Assembly (NCBI GenBank): GCA_013329135.1
Contig: DUKU01000080.1
Location: forward strand, 446 to 28,226
DNA: 27,781 bases
DNA from: Thermoplasmata archaeon
GTDB lineage: Archaea; Thermoplasmatota; Thermoplasmata; UBA10834
Direction of reading: 5' to 3'
The notes beneath the pieces were generated by a model, which was not told the DNA's origin, did no database searches, and saw nothing but the letters and a program-made list of their open reading frames with translations. Shown piece by piece: positions 25,296 to 27,781 of the stretch. Each line of letters opens with the position of its first letter. Within the stretch, counting starts at the first letter, position 1. The position numbers and the translations under genes were made by a program.

Positions 25296-26036
25296 ATGCC
25301 AAACAATCCGTATCTAGACGCCAGCGTGCACTGGCGCATCAGGTCCGGGACGCTCGACCTCCACGAGGCGGGCTACCGATCGACAGCAGAAGCAATCCTC
25401 TCGTCGGGCCTCGCCACCGATGTGGTGGGTCTGATCAGCGCGGGCAAGGAGGCAGATGTCTACCTCGCGAGCTACAATGGCTCCCCGATAGCGGTCAAGT
25501 GCTACAGGCTCTACAGGACCTCCCACAAGGGAGGAGGGCCGATAAAGCTCGACTCCATGGGCTGGAAGGCGGCCAAGGAGTACGAGATGACCTTCCAGGC
25601 ATGGAAGGGCGGGGCGAAGGTCCCCGCTCCCGCGCGCAGGGTGGAGAACATGTTCAGCATGCGCTATCTAGGGGACGAGACGGGCCCGGCTCCAAGGCTC
25701 AGCGACGTCAGGCTGGAGGCTCCCGAGAAGTTCCTGAAGGTGGTCATGTCCGGGATCGCTGCATTGGCCAAGGCGGGCGTGGTCCACACAGACCTCAGCC
25801 CGTACAACATACTGGTCCACTCAGGCGACCCGTGGTTCATAGACCTCTCCGAGGCGTTGCGCGTGGACCGCACGGGCGGTGTCCCGTGGGTAACGCTCAC
25901 GCGCGCCGCCGAAGCGTTGAGCAGCGGCATGTCCGCGGTGGAGAAGTACTTCAGGAAGTACGGGGTCGAGGTCGAGTACGAGGAGTTCGTCCGAGGCTTG
26001 GTGGACTCGCTGGACAGGTTCGGAGTCATGAGGTGA
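25296..26036 (+). CDS. RIO-family (RIO1-like) Ser/Thr kinase/ATPase
   Basis: ISAGKEADVY, AVKCYR, VHTDLSPYNILV and WFIDLSEA. Confidence 0.88.
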   Translation: MPNNPYLDASVHWRIRSGTLDLHEAGYRSTAEAILSSGLATDVVGLISAGKEADVYLASYNGSPIAVKCYRLYRTSHKGGGPIKLDSMGWKAAKEYEMTFQAWKGGAKVPAPARRVENMFSMRYLGDETGPAPRLSDVRLEAPEKFLKVVMSGIAALAKAGVVHTDLSPYNILVHSGDPWFIDLSEALRVDRTGGVPWVTLTRAAEALSSGMSAVEKYFRKYGVEVEYEEFVRGLVDSLDRFGVMR

Positions 26037-26168
26037 GAGCCGGTCACGGACTGCGCTGGTGCGAGATGAATAGCGTAAGCCCTGTCGGTCGTCGTCCGCA
26101 ATCGCTGGTCATCCGGGTAATGATTCCTTGGCGGGACGAAGGCGACTACGGCCGGTAGTATTTCCGAG

Positions 26169-27422
26169 TCAAGTGACCGCCTGGTCAGGTCGGCGGAAGG
26201 CCCCGACGGGCACAATGATCTCGAACCTGGCACCCTTGCCGAAGGCGCCGCGCTCCCGAATCGAGATGCCTGTGAGATCCAGTATCTCCCTCGTGATGTA
26301 GAGCCCGTATCCCGTGTTCTTCCCGAACCCTCGCTCGAAGACGATCTCCTTCTCGTTGTCTGGAATGCCCACTCCATCGTCCTCGACCACCAAGACGAGG
26401 CCGTTCTCGGTCTCCGAGTCCGATACGGAGATCGTCGAGACCCTCTCGCCATGCCTGACTGAGTTCTCAATCAGGTTGTAGAAGATTCTCTCGAACATCA
26501 TGTCGGAATAGACTTCGATGTCGCGCAGCCGATTCACGACTGATATGCCCCCCAGGACTGCGGAGGAGACTGCCAGATCGAAGACCCGTCTCACGTTCTG
26601 CCAGTCGGGCTGTGTGCTCCCGATTGACTGGTAGACCTTCGTGAACTCCAGCTGGCTTCTTATCGCGTTGCCCGACTTGATGATCCTGTCGAGGTACATC
26701 TCCGCCTTGTCCCTGCTGCCGGGCTCCCTCATCATCTCGGCGTACCCGAGCACTACGTTCAACTGGTTGAGCGCGTCGTGGCGTGTGAGGCTTCCCATGA
26801 GGTTCAGTTTCTTGTTGGCGAGCCTGAGCGCCTCTTCCGCGCGCCGGCGTTCACGCTCGCTCCGGTCCCTTGTCAGTCTCGCATCCAGGACAGGAGCCAC
26901 GAAGCCGGCTATCGCCTTGACGTATTCCACATCCTCCTCACTGTAGTCGTAGGTCCTGTTGGCGACTGCGAACAACCCTACGACCTCTCCCAAGTGGATG
27001 AGCGGGACGCAGATCGAGCGCCTGATTTGTATGTGTCCACTAGGGACGTCGTGTCCTCCGTTGGAGAACAACGCCCGTTTCTCATTCAGGGAGCGGCCCC
27101 AGATGCCACCCCATGTGTCCCTGGGGAATATGTAGGTCTTGTCGGGTATCTGGCACTGGTCCCAGATGTCCTTTGTCATCGAAGGGGCCACCATGGACCC
27201 GTTCTCGTCGATGTACGCGAAGATGCCGTGCCTGCTCTCGGTAGTTTCGAGGAGGATCTTCAACACCTCGTTGTACATCTCCTCGTCGGGGACGTTGAGG
27301 AAGATGGGCATGATCTTGTTCATTATTCGGAGCAGATGGTTTGGGTTCTTGACAGTGTAGTCAAATCCATCTGCCTCCGTTGCGCAGTCCTTCTCCTGAA
27401 CCACGACCTTGTCTTCTACCAC
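26169..27422 (-). CDS. GAF-domain sensor histidine kinase
   Basis: GAF domain (CVPL...GEVVGLFAVAN...Y.E.D), H-box LTRHDALNQL, N-box NLIENSVRHG, G1 EDDGVGIP and G2 GYGLYI. Confidence 0.9.
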   Translation of the reverse strand: MVEDKVVVQEKDCATEADGFDYTVKNPNHLLRIMNKIMPIFLNVPDEEMYNEVLKILLETTESRHGIFAYIDENGSMVAPSMTKDIWDQCQIPDKTYIFPRDTWGGIWGRSLNEKRALFSNGGHDVPSGHIQIRRSICVPLIHLGEVVGLFAVANRTYDYSEEDVEYVKAIAGFVAPVLDARLTRDRSERERRRAEEALRLANKKLNLMGSLTRHDALNQLNVVLGYAEMMREPGSRDKAEMYLDRIIKSGNAIRSQLEFTKVYQSIGSTQPDWQNVRRVFDLAVSSAVLGGISVVNRLRDIEVYSDMMFERIFYNLIENSVRHGERVSTISVSDSETENGLVLVVEDDGVGIPDNEKEIVFERGFGKNTGYGLYITREILDLTGISIRERGAFGKGARFEIIVPVGAFRRPDQAVT

Positions 27423-27444
27423 GTCAGACTCATTGGTCAGGATT

Positions 27445-27456
27445 GAGTATATACTC
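27445..27456 (-). promoter_or_regulatory. TATA box of the kinase gene (self-complementary)
   Basis: GAGTATATACTC, preceded on the minus strand by GAAA. Confidence 0.55.
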
Positions 27457-27708
27457 TTTCCCCGGACAGCGTCCGTTGTGGTCGGTGTGGCCTCACGGGC
27501 TCAGATCACCTTCAAATAGGGTCTCCCAGAGAGGCTCTCACGGAGTGGACCGCGTCGGAGCGAAGTCCTTTGGTGCGCTCTCATCCAGACAATGGTCTGT
27601 CATGAGTCAACATGGTGTGTGTGCGGACTTGACAGGTGTACGACCCACGACTATTCAAGCAAGCGAGCGCTGCCAACGGTATCTCCGCGGTCGTGGCGAG
27701 AGATGGAG

Positions 27709-27781
27709 TGGGCCCAACCGGATTTGAACCGGTGATCTACGCCGTGTAAGGGCGTTGTCATAACCGCTAGACCATGGGCCC
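27709..27781 (-). tRNA. tRNA-Val(TAC), CCA not encoded
   Basis: Acceptor GGGCCCA/TGGGCCC, anticodon arm ACGCC-CTTACAC-GGCGT, T arm ACCGG-TTCAAAT-CCGGT, discriminator A. G1 is the last base of the window. Confidence 0.95.

Noticed and set aside
886-26470. Many long antisense or alternate-frame ORFs (e.g. 886..1944, 15835..16905, 19577..20668, 25226..26158)
   Set aside because: Their Arg/His/Gly/Pro-rich composition is expected from the opposite strand or shifted frame of high-GC3 genes, and they show no family motifs.
27445-27456. Palindrome GAGTATATACTC as an operator
   Set aside because: It is largely explained by the self-complementary TATATA box at the expected promoter position.

Overview
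GC-rich archaeal DNA, most likely an anaerobic Thermoplasmatota (inferred from archaeal Rqc2, FtsZ1-type protein, archaeal tRNAs and BRE/TATA promoters; not verified by search). Left part: CoA-transferase-GNAT fusion, endonuclease IV, rqc2 and tRNA-Thr(GGT). The rqc2/tRNA-Thr block then appears a second time in degraded form (~80% aa identity by hand count, one frameshift, both promoters deleted, T-loop mutation). Each tRNA copy abuts one of two homologous secreted-protein genes with complementary architectures: a membrane-anchored Ig-repeat/coiled-coil protein without a protease domain, and a 1323-aa subtilase without an anchor. Middle: DASS transporter, ftsZ with an altered signature loop, and dtxR-feoA/feoB with a perfect operator palindrome. 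Right: a ~6.7-kb co-directional cluster resembling the anaerobe 'orange protein' (ORP)/MTH1175 locus (DUF134, HTH, DUF1847, DsrE, Mrp, two NifB/NifX, IscU, two MinD-ferredoxin ATPases, three Zn-ribbon microproteins and one unknown microprotein); one ATPase begins with ACG where ATG is expected. A RIO kinase, a GAF histidine kinase and tRNA-Val(TAC) close the window. All homology calls come from motif recognition by eye. No CRISPR array, integrase or transposase was seen.
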